A stretch of 64,000 bases of DNA from a virus, in the IMG/VR virus record IMGVR_UViG_3300028025_000092, one strand, 5' to 3'. Every line of letters begins with the position of its first letter. Positions within the stretch are counted from its first letter, which is position 1. The notes below the pieces were generated by a model. The model saw nothing but the letters and a program-made list of their open reading frames with translations. It made no database searches and had not been told where the DNA came from. Positions 1 through 11,500 of the stretch are shown here, one piece after another. Position numbers and translations under genes: made by a program.

Positions 1-1
1 A

Positions 2-484
2 GGTAAAAAGTATATTATCTTCACTGATAAAAGCCGTATATCTTTAGACCTTTTGGACGAGTATATGATCAGGGTAGAAAGAGGATTCGAGGAGCAGGTA
101 AAAGTTATTAACCCAACAAAGGAACTAATTCAAATGGACGAAGAAATTACCAAGCAGAGCGTGGTAAAATCCAGGGAATTATCACAGGATAAACAAAAAG
201 TTGAAATTGAAAATAGCCCCATATTTTCTTTGCTTGCAAAACAGAAAGAAAACTGGGTGGACGTGGATCTTAGATTGAGCATTAATTTACCACCCAAAAG
301 CCTCTGGGACGTTTTAATGGGATCTTTTGATGATGCTGAAAAAGATATTCTGGAGTACGTGACAAAGGACCTTGATATAGAGGTTGTGAGGCAATCTTTG
401 AGGGAATCTATAAAAGAGATATATAAAAAAAATAAAAATATTCCACTAAAAAATGTCAGATCCCAAGATTCTGTTCCAGAATAA
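2..484 (+). CDS. hypothetical protein, 5'-truncated by window edge
   Basis: Frame is open from base 2 (GKKYIIFTDKSRISLDLLDEY...) to the stop at 484; the listed TTG start at 53 is probably internal. Confidence 0.6.
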   Translation, partial: GKKYIIFTDKSRISLDLLDEYMIRVERGFEEQVKVINPTKELIQMDEEITKQSVVKSRELSQDKQKVEIENSPIFSLLAKQKENWVDVDLRLSINLPPKSLWDVLMGSFDDAEKDILEYVTKDLDIEVVRQSLRESIKEIYKKNKNIPLKNVRSQDSVPE

Positions 485-971
485 CTACATAGAGGTTATA
501 GAAAATAAAGGCATTGTTGGAATTAAACAAAAAAGCCCATCAGTAATTATACTTCCATATACCACAGATGAATCGGGTAATCCTAGATCTCTGGGATTAA
601 TAGCCGAACCTTCGTCCATTAAGGAAGAAAAAATAACACACACTATTATAACAGGTAGTCCAGAGGATTCTGATGTTGATATTCTAGCAACAGCCAAAAG
701 GGAATTAAAAGAAGAATCTGGATATGAGGTCGAAGACACAGAGAAGTGGGATTTTTTAGGAAATATACAAACCTCTAAGTTAATTGTTAACGGAAATCCA
801 GCTTTCGGCGTGGACGTTACTGACCTACAGAATAAAGAAAAATCCGGCGACGGATCAGACAAGGAAGAAAATACAAAATTTTCTCTTATTCCAGTAAATG
901 ACGCTATAAATTTAGATGATGCTTTAATCTCTTGTTTATTTCTAAAAATATTTCAAAATAAATTAATTTAA
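453..971 (+). CDS. Nudix hydrolase
   Basis: Nudix box GSPEDSDVDILATAKRELKEESG. Confidence 0.85.
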   Translation: MSDPKILFQNNYIEVIENKGIVGIKQKSPSVIILPYTTDESGNPRSLGLIAEPSSIKEEKITHTIITGSPEDSDVDILATAKRELKEESGYEVEDTEKWDFLGNIQTSKLIVNGNPAFGVDVTDLQNKEKSGDGSDKEENTKFSLIPVNDAINLDDALISCLFLKIFQNKLI

Positions 972-976
972 AAGAT

Positions 977-1270
977 ATGTTTAATCAAATTCCTTCGAGG
1001 AGAGAAAGAAGAGCGCTTGCTAAAAAACTAGGATTAACAGGTAAAAAAGAATCATTAAAACAATTCACAGAAAGAACTAGAAGATCTGCTGAATTTGGAA
1101 AACAACTACATTTACAGCATTTACAAAATCAGGAAAATCATAGAATCAATTTAGAATCAAATTTAGAAGAAGGTAAAGAACAGGAGCAGCAAACCCCAAC
1201 TGATTCTCCAAATTGGGGATTAGAAGATTTTAAACAACAAATTATAAGTGGAGAAAATCCAGAAGCCTAA
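977..1270 (+). CDS. small hypothetical protein with basic N-terminus
   Basis: ORF with PSRRERRALAKKLG; tightly packed in operon. Confidence 0.6.
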   Translation: MFNQIPSRRERRALAKKLGLTGKKESLKQFTERTRRSAEFGKQLHLQHLQNQENHRINLESNLEEGKEQEQQTPTDSPNWGLEDFKQQIISGENPEA

Positions 1271-1589
1271 AAGAACTACCCTTAAAATACATCTAACTGC
1301 GCTTTCTTATCGGGAAATCAAGAAAACCTTGATCGATAATGAGAAAGTCTCTTATATTGATGTTACTAAGATTATTACCGATAGTTTTGGTGATAAAGAT
1401 CTTAGTGATATTCAATACTGGATTTTAAACCAAATGATAGTCAAAAAGATAGAATCGTTTAAAACCACCAATACCAACCGCATTTTTATTACCATAAAGG
1501 ATCCTAACAAGGGTTCGGTTAAGTCATTCAAAGAGCTTCTCTCCGAAGCTAAGCTATCTCCCGCACAGGTAGAAATTTACAGCATTTAA
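1248..1589 (+). CDS. hypothetical protein
   Basis: 113-aa ORF overlapping the previous gene; GTG start. Confidence 0.55.
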   Translation: MEKIQKPKRTTLKIHLTALSYREIKKTLIDNEKVSYIDVTKIITDSFGDKDLSDIQYWILNQMIVKKIESFKTTNTNRIFITIKDPNKGSVKSFKELLSEAKLSPAQVEIYSI

Positions 1590-1616
1590 TTTTTTTAGAC
1601 CCTTCTTGTAATACAG

Positions 1617-1626
1617 GAATATATAA
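1617..1626 (+). promoter_or_regulatory. late-type promoter GAATATATAA
   Basis: Intergenic, 17 nt before the first baseplate gene; recurring motif. Confidence 0.65.
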
Positions 1627-1643
1627 TTGAAATAAAGTAGTAA

Positions 1644-3509
1644 ATGTCAACAGAAGGAGTAGTAGATTCAAGGGGTGCCGCACTACAAAGCGCAACAAAC
1701 GTTCAATCTATAACAAATAACACATCAAAGGCGTTTGATAAAACCATTGACAAGAGCTCTGAGCTTGAGGGGTTAATCTATAAATTTAATAGCGACAAGG
1801 AATATGGTGTTTTTGAAAACTTTAGTGATGCTGTTACCACGCTTCCCTCTTCTTTATTTTATGAAGCCCAATCCTCCGAGGATGGGAGATTAGGACTTTT
1901 TAATTATTATATTATAGGGGATATTAGAAGTGCAACTGATGGTAAAGGAAAGGTAACATATGCACAATCTGAAAGATTTGAACAGAATCAGGTGGTAACA
2001 CCTGAGATAAGTAGAAATCCAACAGCTAATGCAATTATACAGGAGACAACAGCTAGTGGTGCATATTTAAATCCTAGAAGTAAGTATGTATCACAGCCAT
2101 ATAATGTCAAAGACTTCATTTTTTGTAAGCACTACGGGGTTATTCCTAATAACAGGATGATAACATTAAGAAGATTTCCTAATTCAGTTATGGACAACCT
2201 AAGGGTGCCTACACCAGGACAAAGACCAGAAGCCGTTGATAAGGCAGGAAAACTACAGGGACAATTAGTAGAAGGTGCGTCTATTTCTACCGAACAGATG
2301 ATTAAAGAGGGTGCATGTTTACCCATAGCACAAGCAGTCACTTTCTTTGGGACAGAAACAGGAAATAGTCTAGATTCTATATTAGGAATAAGCACCGGAT
2401 TAAACTTTAGATCTGCAGATCAGGAAAGGCTTAAAAAAGCTTACGGAAACGATAAAGGCTTTATGCAAAGTACCCTCGGTAAGTATATTGAGGCCTTAGC
2501 TGGAAATGAACTTACGGGTAATCTTAAAGGTCTTAGTAATGCCATAGGAACTATCACAGATCCTGATAATCAGGAATTAAAAATTAGAAGACAGCTATTT
2601 GACAATCTAACTACAGGTGACGGTCCTTTATCCAAAAGAATTTTTGTTGATGTTAATACTGTTAACCAAATGATGTTAAGGGATGTTGGTTTTACTGGAG
2701 GGGATCAGACATTTAGCCTTACCTTTAATTATAGCCTCACTAGTGTTGGAGAAATTAATAGCAGAATGATGTTTATAGATTTAATGGCAAATCTATTAGC
2801 AATCGGCAGTGACTATGGTAAATTTTTAGTACCCCAATTATTAGTGCAATCAAATAGACAGGGTATCGGATTTCCTAATGGATCTAAAGGTTTCGTTAAA
2901 CATCTAACCCATCCATTGGAATTCCTGAATGATATGATTAAACTTAACTTCGAGGCTGAAGTAAAATCCAAGATCGAAAATTTGAAGGGAACTTTAGAAA
3001 AGTCTAAAAACGAAATACAGGGATTAAGTAAGGGACAACCACTATCTAAGGATGGACACGTATACAAGACATTAACTGCAATGCTAACCAATGATTTGAT
3101 AAACCAGTTGGTATATGAACCTATAATGCTTTCTGGATATCCAACGGGGGAATGGCACGTTGTTGTTGGAAACCCTCTAAACCCTATCGCTATGATAGGA
3201 AATTTAATCTGTACTAATGTTAGTATTAAGCTTAATAACGTTTTAGGTCCTGATGATTTTCCAACTGAATTAACTGCTACTTTTAACATGAAAGCAGCAA
3301 GGCAGAAACATAGAGGAGATTTTGAAAGTATGTTTAATAGGGGTAACGGAAGATTATATCTCGGTAAAGGTCCAATTAGCGATGCTACCCTCAATGCTCA
3401 GGTTGGTGCCATCAGTGGTAATGATATACAAGGACCATTATCAGGTGACGCTAGAATTGATGCATCTAACTTTACTGGATCGGATATAGACCCTTTGTTA
3501 GGTAATTAA
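1644..3509 (+). CDS. putative baseplate/tail-tube initiator-like structural protein
   Basis: First gene after a late-type promoter, upstream of a gp53-like gene; C-terminal NLICTNVSIKLN...FPTELTATFNM resembles tube-initiator folds (inference). Confidence 0.45.
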   Translation: MSTEGVVDSRGAALQSATNVQSITNNTSKAFDKTIDKSSELEGLIYKFNSDKEYGVFENFSDAVTTLPSSLFYEAQSSEDGRLGLFNYYIIGDIRSATDGKGKVTYAQSERFEQNQVVTPEISRNPTANAIIQETTASGAYLNPRSKYVSQPYNVKDFIFCKHYGVIPNNRMITLRRFPNSVMDNLRVPTPGQRPEAVDKAGKLQGQLVEGASISTEQMIKEGACLPIAQAVTFFGTETGNSLDSILGISTGLNFRSADQERLKKAYGNDKGFMQSTLGKYIEALAGNELTGNLKGLSNAIGTITDPDNQELKIRRQLFDNLTTGDGPLSKRIFVDVNTVNQMMLRDVGFTGGDQTFSLTFNYSLTSVGEINSRMMFIDLMANLLAIGSDYGKFLVPQLLVQSNRQGIGFPNGSKGFVKHLTHPLEFLNDMIKLNFEAEVKSKIENLKGTLEKSKNEIQGLSKGQPLSKDGHVYKTLTAMLTNDLINQLVYEPIMLSGYPTGEWHVVVGNPLNPIAMIGNLICTNVSIKLNNVLGPDDFPTELTATFNMKAARQKHRGDFESMFNRGNGRLYLGKGPISDATLNAQVGAISGNDIQGPLSGDARIDASNFTGSDIDPLLGN

Positions 3510-3528
3510 TTATAAATAACAGAAAGAT

Positions 3529-4122
3529 ATGATTAGTATAGATATTTTAGATAATAAACAAGAAAAAATCATTAATGGGATTAATATGATTGATCTAACA
3601 ACGCAGTCAATTAATCAGGATATTAACCCAGGATATTCTAGGTTTATAGTTACCACAGAGGAAATGACAATGAGAGCAGATCTTGTTTCCCATATGTATT
3701 GTGGGAGCCAAGATAAAATGGGAACTCTTTTAAAATTAAACTCAATAGGTAATCCATTTTCTCTTGATAGTAACGAGGTCTTATTTATACCAGATTCCGC
3801 GACATTAAGTAATCTTCCTAGGAAGCCAGTTGGAGAAGAGCAAGGAGAGGTTAGAAAATCATTCAGAAAACAATTACAGGAAAGAATATCAAAAGTATCC
3901 GAAAATAGAAAAGAATATCTTAATTCAGTAAGTATCAGCGAGGCGACACAGGTTCCTCTGCCTCCTAACGTTGCACAAGAAGGATCTGAACAATTTAAAG
4001 TTGAAAACGGAAAACTTATTTTTGGGTCTGATATAGGGGTATGTAGAACAAAGATACAACAGAACAAATCTGTTGCAACAATAAAATCAAGATTCGCACA
4101 GAGACAAATTTTTGAATCATGA
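3529..4122 (+). CDS. baseplate wedge protein, gp53/LysM-like
   Basis: RADLVSHMYCGSQDKMGTLLKLNSIGNPFSL...LFIP matches the gp53/LysM pattern R-x-D-L-x-S...Y...N-x-I-x-NP. Confidence 0.65.
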   Translation: MISIDILDNKQEKIINGINMIDLTTQSINQDINPGYSRFIVTTEEMTMRADLVSHMYCGSQDKMGTLLKLNSIGNPFSLDSNEVLFIPDSATLSNLPRKPVGEEQGEVRKSFRKQLQERISKVSENRKEYLNSVSISEATQVPLPPNVAQEGSEQFKVENGKLIFGSDIGVCRTKIQQNKSVATIKSRFAQRQIFES

Positions 4123-5630
4123 TAGACAGCAAAAAAACTATAATTCAGTTAGACAAAGAAACTATAATTCTTGATGAGCTTTCTATCATAGATGAAATAG
4201 GATCTTTCGATAAAAATCAAATAGAAAAAACCGGTGCTAGAGAAGAAACATCTATAGGTTTTGGAGCACCCCTAATCATCATAAATTCCTATATGGTTAG
4301 GAATATTGAATTTTTCAGATTAGATCTAACAGAAAGAATTCCCCAATTAATATTTAGGTTTACCCCAGAGAATGAAAGTTTTCTTTATACATCATATCCT
4401 AAGGATGGGGATGTTGTTGGTCTTTATATAAGAGCAACATCGGAATTATACAAACCGATAAGAATGGATATGTTAGTAACTGAGGTATTTAGTCATTTTT
4501 CTAACTCTCCAATACCGGAGGATAAAGCTAATTCGGTGGGAACATCATTTACAATTAAATCACAAATGAGAATTCCTACTTTATTCCAACATATTTCTAA
4601 ATCCTATATCAATAAAACATCATTTGAAACACTAAGAGAAATAGCAAAGGATCTTGGTTTAGGTTTTGCCTCAAACGAGAAAGGAACTAACGATAGGATG
4701 AATTGGATATGTCCAAGTAAAACCTATTATAAATTCATGCAGGACTTATGCAATTCATCCTGGTTGGGAGAAGAGGATTTCTTTGATTGGTGGATAGATC
4801 AATACTATGTTTTAAATTTTGTTAATCTCAGAAAACAGTTATTAGAAAAAAGTAAAGATGAAACAAATATACTAGCAGCTATAGGAACAGAAAATGGAAT
4901 TAGCGGAGGATTGGACGGAAACATTAAGCCTAGCGAAATCTCAATGCCATTACTAATAACTAATGATCCCTATTATAACAAGTATCCTTTTTTTATAACA
5001 ACATATTCAGTTAAAAACTCGTCTGGACATATTACAAACAATTTTGGATATTCTAGAGATTTAGAATTTTACGATACAAGATTAGTTAGCGATATGCCTG
5101 TTAATAAATTTGTAAGTTATAACGTTGAATATGTAACCCAGAAAAATCTAGATCCTAGTAGCACACTTTTCAAGGGAAGAGCTAACGAAGATGTTTATAA
5201 AAACGAAAGAAAGAAAACATGGGTCGGAACCCAATATGGGGAAAACCAACATAAAAATATACAGCAAGCTTTAGTTCAAAACAGACTTAATAGATACGAA
5301 AACTTTAAGGTTTATTTAGAAACAAAAATGCACTCATACGTTCCTTGGGTTTATAGAGGACAAACAGTACCAACTAGGATAGTTCATATGGATGCAATAA
5401 CAGCAGGAGCTAACTCTGTTGAAAGTAAACAAAGTCCACCTATTGATCCTCAACAACACGAGGCAGGTAAAAAAGTAGACAATAAGTTTTTAAGCGGTGT
5501 GTATATGATCATGGGTTCTTATATTGAGTATATAGATAGTAAAATTACCCAATCTTTTGTTCTAGGAAAAAGAGAATGGTTAATCAACGACGGAAGGGGA
5601 TCAGACCCTGGACCTAAAGTATCTAAATAA
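4119..5630 (+). CDS. putative baseplate hub protein (gp27/gpD-like)
   Basis: Lies between gp53- and gp5-like genes; TSFETLREIAKDLGL and FLSGVYMI motifs are typical of hub proteins. Confidence 0.55.
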   Translation: MIDSKKTIIQLDKETIILDELSIIDEIGSFDKNQIEKTGAREETSIGFGAPLIIINSYMVRNIEFFRLDLTERIPQLIFRFTPENESFLYTSYPKDGDVVGLYIRATSELYKPIRMDMLVTEVFSHFSNSPIPEDKANSVGTSFTIKSQMRIPTLFQHISKSYINKTSFETLREIAKDLGLGFASNEKGTNDRMNWICPSKTYYKFMQDLCNSSWLGEEDFFDWWIDQYYVLNFVNLRKQLLEKSKDETNILAAIGTENGISGGLDGNIKPSEISMPLLITNDPYYNKYPFFITTYSVKNSSGHITNNFGYSRDLEFYDTRLVSDMPVNKFVSYNVEYVTQKNLDPSSTLFKGRANEDVYKNERKKTWVGTQYGENQHKNIQQALVQNRLNRYENFKVYLETKMHSYVPWVYRGQTVPTRIVHMDAITAGANSVESKQSPPIDPQQHEAGKKVDNKFLSGVYMIMGSYIEYIDSKITQSFVLGKREWLINDGRGSDPGPKVSK

Positions 5631-5633
5631 AAG

Positions 5634-7712
5634 ATGGCAAGTTATTTAAACGAAATTAAGGACAATCTCAGTAGCGTAACTGATCCCAATCAGATACTGA
5701 ACCGTGGTGTAGATAAACAAAGAACCTTATTTCTTAAGGGATTAAAATCAACATCTTCCGGGCAAAAAGAAGATCCAACTTATACTGGATTTAGAATAAT
5801 GTTCGACATGGGTCATAATGGATTAGTAGACCCTGAGACTTTTCTACCTATAAGTCCTTTATTTTCTAACGGAAGAAGCGGCGAAGGAAATCCCAAGATG
5901 ATGAAATTAGACGGATCAACCGACTTTTTCCATTTATCCAGACAAAAAATGTATCCATTTCCTAACTATACGGAAAAGATGCACTATATGACTGCAGAGG
6001 GATACCTTAGACAAAGAAGAAGTAAAGCAGAGAATGGATTAGGCGGAAATTTAACTGATAATACAGGTAGAGTTATAGCAGGAGATAGGAGTCAAATACA
6101 AGATAGCTCGATATCACACAGGGCAGACTCTTTAGTTGGATTTAAAAATATATTAACTAGTGTTAATGAAAAAAGTCCTTGGTTTATTCAGTCTATAGAA
6201 GGTCTTGATAAAGTATTAAGTGTTACCCCACCAAGACAAGTAGGAGGAGGATCTGGATATAAAGAACAAAGGTCTGGTGTTTTAACCTTCGATTGCATGG
6301 ATTCTATAGATTTAAGAATTAATGCAATGGCAGAGCTTTATAGAAAAGCAACATATGATTATCAAAACCATAGAGAATTACTTCCAGCTAATCTAAGAAA
6401 GTTTAGAATGTGGATCATAGTAACGGAGATCAGGCAAATAGATTTGCAGAAAAATTTAGGAGATGTTTTAAATCCTTTTAATATGCCAGGTGTTTCAAGT
6501 GCTGTTGAGTCAATCCGTAATATAGCAAGTTCTGCTGGTGTTTTAAAGAACAAATCTACAGAATCTGAAAACCCTAAGAAAGATCTAGATTCGTTTGTAA
6601 AGTCGTTTGAAAGAATGCAGCCTTATATTATGATCTATCAATTGGATCTTTGTGAATTTAATTTCGACGAATCCTATGCATTTGGAACTCTATCTAATTC
6701 AAATACATCATCAGGATCTCCCGTAAAAAATAGATTTAAGGTACATGTTGGATCCGCTAAAGAATACAAATTACAATACAATATACTTTCGGATTTAATT
6801 AGAAATGAATCCATATTTGCTCCTATACTAATACAAGATAGCTGGAATTTGATTGGTTCTAAAATTTTAATGAAGAATGCAACAACCGATAATAACACAA
6901 ATCTTTTTAGGAACCTAGCAAGCAACTTCATTAACAATTCTATTGCTTCTGTAGTTCAACAGCAGGTTTCTCCTATTGTTACCAAGGCACTTTTAGGTAA
7001 CGCTTATGGCTTTAGATTATCGGATGCTGTTAGATCATTAAATTCAGTTCAGGATGCGGTTAATGGACTAAGTAATATAAGATCTCCTTTTCAGAATTCG
7101 ACGCCTCAGGCTAATGGTCTTGGTGGACCTAGTGAAAGACAATATCAGGTAGTGAAGGAGGATGTTTATCCAAATAATGCCAATCCGCCAGCAGGGGGAA
7201 GCCTTGGAAATATTTTACCCGGGGCAGGAGCTCCTGGGACAGTTGGGGCTAATGATGTTTATCCTAATAGCCCAGGTAGCGATCTTGGATTACCTTCTAG
7301 GATTTATCCAAAGTCTGATGATGATGTATACAGAAACGTGGGAGGAGATTTTAGTAATAAGGATCTTGGGGTACCTGATAGAATATATTCTAATCTACCA
7401 AAGGATGATGTTTATCCAAATAGCCCAGGAAGTGATTTAGGCTTGCCAAAAAGAATATACGTATCTACAAAAAACGAGGATCTTTATCCAGATTCACCAG
7501 GTAATGATCTTGGAGTTCCTGATAGGGTATACAGAGAAAGCGACGGAGGCGACAAAGATCTTTATCCAGACTCTCCCGGATCTAGTTTAGGTTTACCTGA
7601 TAGATCCTATCCAACTAACAGTGCCGATGATCAATATCCAAACTCCCCCGGAAGTGATCTTGGTGTACCGTCTAGGGACTATAAAACAATCAGCGAAAGA
7701 GTATATAAATAA
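5634..7712 (+). CDS. structural protein with C-terminal peptide repeats
   Basis: 692-aa ORF in the baseplate operon with a repeated C-terminal third. Confidence 0.6.
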   Translation: MASYLNEIKDNLSSVTDPNQILNRGVDKQRTLFLKGLKSTSSGQKEDPTYTGFRIMFDMGHNGLVDPETFLPISPLFSNGRSGEGNPKMMKLDGSTDFFHLSRQKMYPFPNYTEKMHYMTAEGYLRQRRSKAENGLGGNLTDNTGRVIAGDRSQIQDSSISHRADSLVGFKNILTSVNEKSPWFIQSIEGLDKVLSVTPPRQVGGGSGYKEQRSGVLTFDCMDSIDLRINAMAELYRKATYDYQNHRELLPANLRKFRMWIIVTEIRQIDLQKNLGDVLNPFNMPGVSSAVESIRNIASSAGVLKNKSTESENPKKDLDSFVKSFERMQPYIMIYQLDLCEFNFDESYAFGTLSNSNTSSGSPVKNRFKVHVGSAKEYKLQYNILSDLIRNESIFAPILIQDSWNLIGSKILMKNATTDNNTNLFRNLASNFINNSIASVVQQQVSPIVTKALLGNAYGFRLSDAVRSLNSVQDAVNGLSNIRSPFQNSTPQANGLGGPSERQYQVVKEDVYPNNANPPAGGSLGNILPGAGAPGTVGANDVYPNSPGSDLGLPSRIYPKSDDDVYRNVGGDFSNKDLGVPDRIYSNLPKDDVYPNSPGSDLGLPKRIYVSTKNEDLYPDSPGNDLGVPDRVYRESDGGDKDLYPDSPGSSLGLPDRSYPTNSADDQYPNSPGSDLGVPSRDYKTISERVYK
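7251..7682 (+). repeat. six in-frame ~23-28-aa repeats, consensus D(V/L)YP(N/D)SPG(S/N)DLG(L/V)PxRxY
   Basis: Read directly from the translation; one further degenerate copy near 7158. Confidence 0.9.
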
Positions 7713-7754
7713 GGGTTTTAGAAATAGGGATAAATAAGGTAAAATATTGTTTGT

Positions 7755-8540
7755 ATGCCTTTAGACAATCTCCAAGAATCCAATATAGAAAGAAGCCAAC
7801 ATTTCCTTGGTGTAATCGTCGATAACAAAGATCCCGAATTTAGAGCAAGATGTAAAGTTAGGGTTTTTGGCGTTTTTGACGGTATACAAGATTCTGATCT
7901 ACCGTGGGCTTTTCAAAGATTCGATATTTCTTTTGGTGATAGCGGCGGTTCAGGCAGGGTCAGTATCCCAAAACTTGGTGCTATAGTTCATATTCAATTC
8001 AATAACGGTAACTATTATGCACCAGAATACAAAGCAGTACAGGAGCTTTCAGCAGATCTAATAGAAGAACTAAAAAGCTCTTATGAAGGGGCTCATTCAT
8101 TAATTTATGATAGCATAGAGAATCTTAAAATATTTTACACAGTAGCAAAGGGGTTAACGATAGATTTAAAAGAATCAACCGTAGTAATTTCAAACGATAA
8201 TTCCATAACAATAACCCATGCAGGACAAACCTCAACCCTAGAATTCAGAGGCGGTAAGATCACAGAATACGCAAACTCTGAAATTGAAAGTACAGCAGTT
8301 ACTAGAATTAAGCAAAGCAGCAATGAAGTTTGGGCAGACGGAAAAACAACTAAACTAGGGCATTCCCCCGTTTATTCTGCAGTTTTGGCTGAGCCTTTAT
8401 GGATGTTTTTAAAACAACTCGCAGCAGCAGTAGATGCTAAAGTTCCATCATGCCCCGGATGTATGGCTACGTTGGCAGAAAGTTACGAACAGCTATCCAC
8501 TTCTGATGTAGTTAAGATAACAAAGAGCAATGAGCAATAA
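7755..8540 (+). CDS. baseplate central spike, gp5/gpV-like (OB fold + beta-helix, no lysozyme domain)
   Basis: GVIVDNKDPEFRARCKVRVFG...DLPWA...IPKLGAIVHIQF is the gp5 OB-fold signature. Confidence 0.85.
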   Translation: MPLDNLQESNIERSQHFLGVIVDNKDPEFRARCKVRVFGVFDGIQDSDLPWAFQRFDISFGDSGGSGRVSIPKLGAIVHIQFNNGNYYAPEYKAVQELSADLIEELKSSYEGAHSLIYDSIENLKIFYTVAKGLTIDLKESTVVISNDNSITITHAGQTSTLEFRGGKITEYANSEIESTAVTRIKQSSNEVWADGKTTKLGHSPVYSAVLAEPLWMFLKQLAAAVDAKVPSCPGCMATLAESYEQLSTSDVVKITKSNEQ

Positions 8541-11500
8541 TTTAGAAAATCTTGAAAAGTGGGTTAAAGATTTTGAAAACGGTTCTATAACTGTTGAAGA
8601 ATTGGCTTCTAGGTTATCTTCTATACCAGATCCTCTTGGAAACGAAGATGATATAATCAAAGTTGGGGAAGAAATTAATAACTCTCTAGAACCTGAAGAT
8701 CTTGTTCTTACTGATGATGATATCAATGATATTATTTGTAAATACGAGGGAGAAGAGCTGGGTAATAGATTGATTTGGAGAATTTTGGAAAAATTAAATT
8801 TAACTGGTGATTTAAAAACTGATCCAGAATTTGATACCAATAATTCTTTTGAATCTTATTTTGAAAAACTTTCTCTCCAGGATAGATTGCAGAGGGCTAA
8901 AGAAATGCTTTTTGATAATTTAGATTTAGATATCTTAGGAATAAAAATAAAAAATCCAAACTTAAAGAAAAGAAACTTTAAGATACTAGGATTTAATTTC
9001 CCTTTAAATATAATAACACTTAAAGGTAAACCCCTGTTTTTTCACATACCCCCTCCTAAACTGAAATTGTCTAAAATATTAGAAACATTAAAAAATAGAA
9101 TTAAATCTAAGAAAGTAAAATCCTGCGAGAAAAAAGGAACATATATTGATGAAGAATCTTTATTAAAAAAATTACAGGATCTTCTGGATGACGAAAAAGA
9201 CGAATACAATAATGTATTTGAGATTGCTGATGAATTATTTTGTGAACCTGCTATACCTATTAATCCAGAAACTGGCGAATCACTTTTTAATAAAACAGAT
9301 TTAACCCAATTTTTGAAAGAAATATGTGAACCTGATTTACCAAATCCGGAGATTCCAGTAGATCCTGAACCTAATATTGAAGACATATCAGATACCATTA
9401 ATTCCTGTTTAAAACAAACTAAGGCCATCTTTAATGAAGTCAGAGAAAAAAATGAGGAGAAATCCAGATTACAAAAAGCTGAAAAAGAGTTAGAAGAAGT
9501 TTTTTTTTATTATAAAATAGTTCAAAACTATTACCAAGAATTATATTCACAATTTGAAAAAAAATCAAAAGCTGGTAAAAAAGGAGATCCTTTAAACCTG
9601 GCTTTAAATTTAATTTTAGGATCCGGTGCAGATGATTACATAAAGAAACTAAATCAATTTTCTTCTAGGTTTGAATCTACTAAAAAAATAACATCATTAG
9701 GTGATAAGTATATTGGTATATCTTTTGGTATAAGTTTTCCTCACGGGTTAGGAAAAAACATACAGTATGAAAGGGTAAAGACTGAAGCTAATAATGATTT
9801 AATGAGTCAGGATTACCAAAAAGTTGATATTGCTAAACTACAGATTGGTATGGAATTTGGGAAGAACGGTGTTTTAGGGGGTAAAGACTTTTCTTTCTTT
9901 AAAGAGTTTGAATCATTTATAAAATTTAAAAATGAAAATCCTAAAAATAAATCAGATTACTATAGCTTTGTTGGCGATATAGAGAACACAAACAAGAGCA
10001 AAGATCAAATTATCAAAGAAATAGAATCAGATCACGGGTTCTTATATTCTAATTTAATAGAAACATCAGCTAGTCCCTGGCTTTTCTTTACTGCACAGGA
10101 AAGAGGAGATAACGATGCAAGAAAGTCTGTTGATATAAAACCCTCCAAAACTGATAAAGACGGAAATCCTAACAAAGAGTTTGAAGAATTCTGGCAGGAT
10201 TTTAAAACTAAATGGGATCAAAAATACAATGCTAGAAAAAAAATAATAGAAGATAAAATAACAGACATTAAAAAACTTTCGGATCCTCTTGTTGAAAAAT
10301 TAGCAGACTATTATCTCACTGTTAACGTTTCTTCCGTCAAAAATAATTTAGATCTATTAAAAGGTGCATCTGACGAAATTAAAAAAAGAGTAACTTCTAT
10401 CGAAGATTCTTTAATGTTAATAGCTGAAAAAATAACTAAGCTCGACCAAGAGAATTCCCCGGAAGGAATTTCCAACAGGGCTAACTCAATAAGTTGTGCT
10501 AACAAGGAGGAAGAAAAATGTCCAACAGTATGCTGTGGACCTGCTGGACAAAGCGTGAAGCTTAGTGATACATGTGCTTCACACAGATCTCCTGATTGCC
10601 CAAATCTTTTTACCAAGTGCTATTGGAAAGAATTTTCCAAAAATCTAAATAAAGTTGGGCTACTTCCACTTCCTGCTGGATTACCCCCTATAGAAAATCC
10701 AGCTCAATTTCTACCTGATTTAGGATTAAAATATTGGCCAGTAGGATACCTCCCGCCCTCTTTCATTCCTCTTCCTCCGCCAATAGTTAATCCATTGGAT
10801 GGCCTGCCTTTTATTAGAATCCCTATGCCCATGGTTTGGACTAAAGTTGATCCCATAGTGATTCCTATAGGAATTGGGGTGATTGTTATATTCGTTCCGT
10901 TCATTGGTGGATTTATGCCAAGTCCTTTGGTTTTCTTTCATGATTTTTTAAGTGGCAATAGCATGTTTCTGCTAGGTCTTAGGGGATTTAGATTCATTCC
11001 CCGTAAATCGGATCCGGTTTCTAGGGATCCTTTGGAAAATTACAAGAAGATGCTTTCTAGGGGAATACCTAATTATCTTTTCCCATTTTCTAACTTAGGA
11101 AAAGATGATGTTGATAATCCGAAGAGGATTTTTGGCGAAGTGATTTCAAATCTTGAAAAAAGACTTGCTAATTACAGCAATCCTATAAACATGGAAAAAA
11201 TCCAAAAGATTCAAAATAGAATAACAAAAAAGAAAGAGGAAGCGCAAACTAAAATCTTGGAAAAGAAAAGAAAAATGGCTTTAGAGGGGGGTGACATTAA
11301 GAAGGAAAAAGAGGAGATAGAAAAATTTTTAAAATCTATAGATGGTGAAAAAATTGAAGCCCTAAAGGATATTATAAAAGAATACTTAACAGGAGCCGTA
11401 GACATTCCCGATATACAATTCCCTAAGAAATCTAAAAATTTATTGGTTGATCTACCACAACCCATAAAAGCGTTAAGAGATTTAGATGCCAAAAGAAAGC

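Noticed and set aside
7251-7682. Repeats as a CRISPR array or DGR template/variable pair
   Set aside because: Repeats are in-frame, conserved at protein level with synonymous changes; no cas or reverse transcriptase gene is present.
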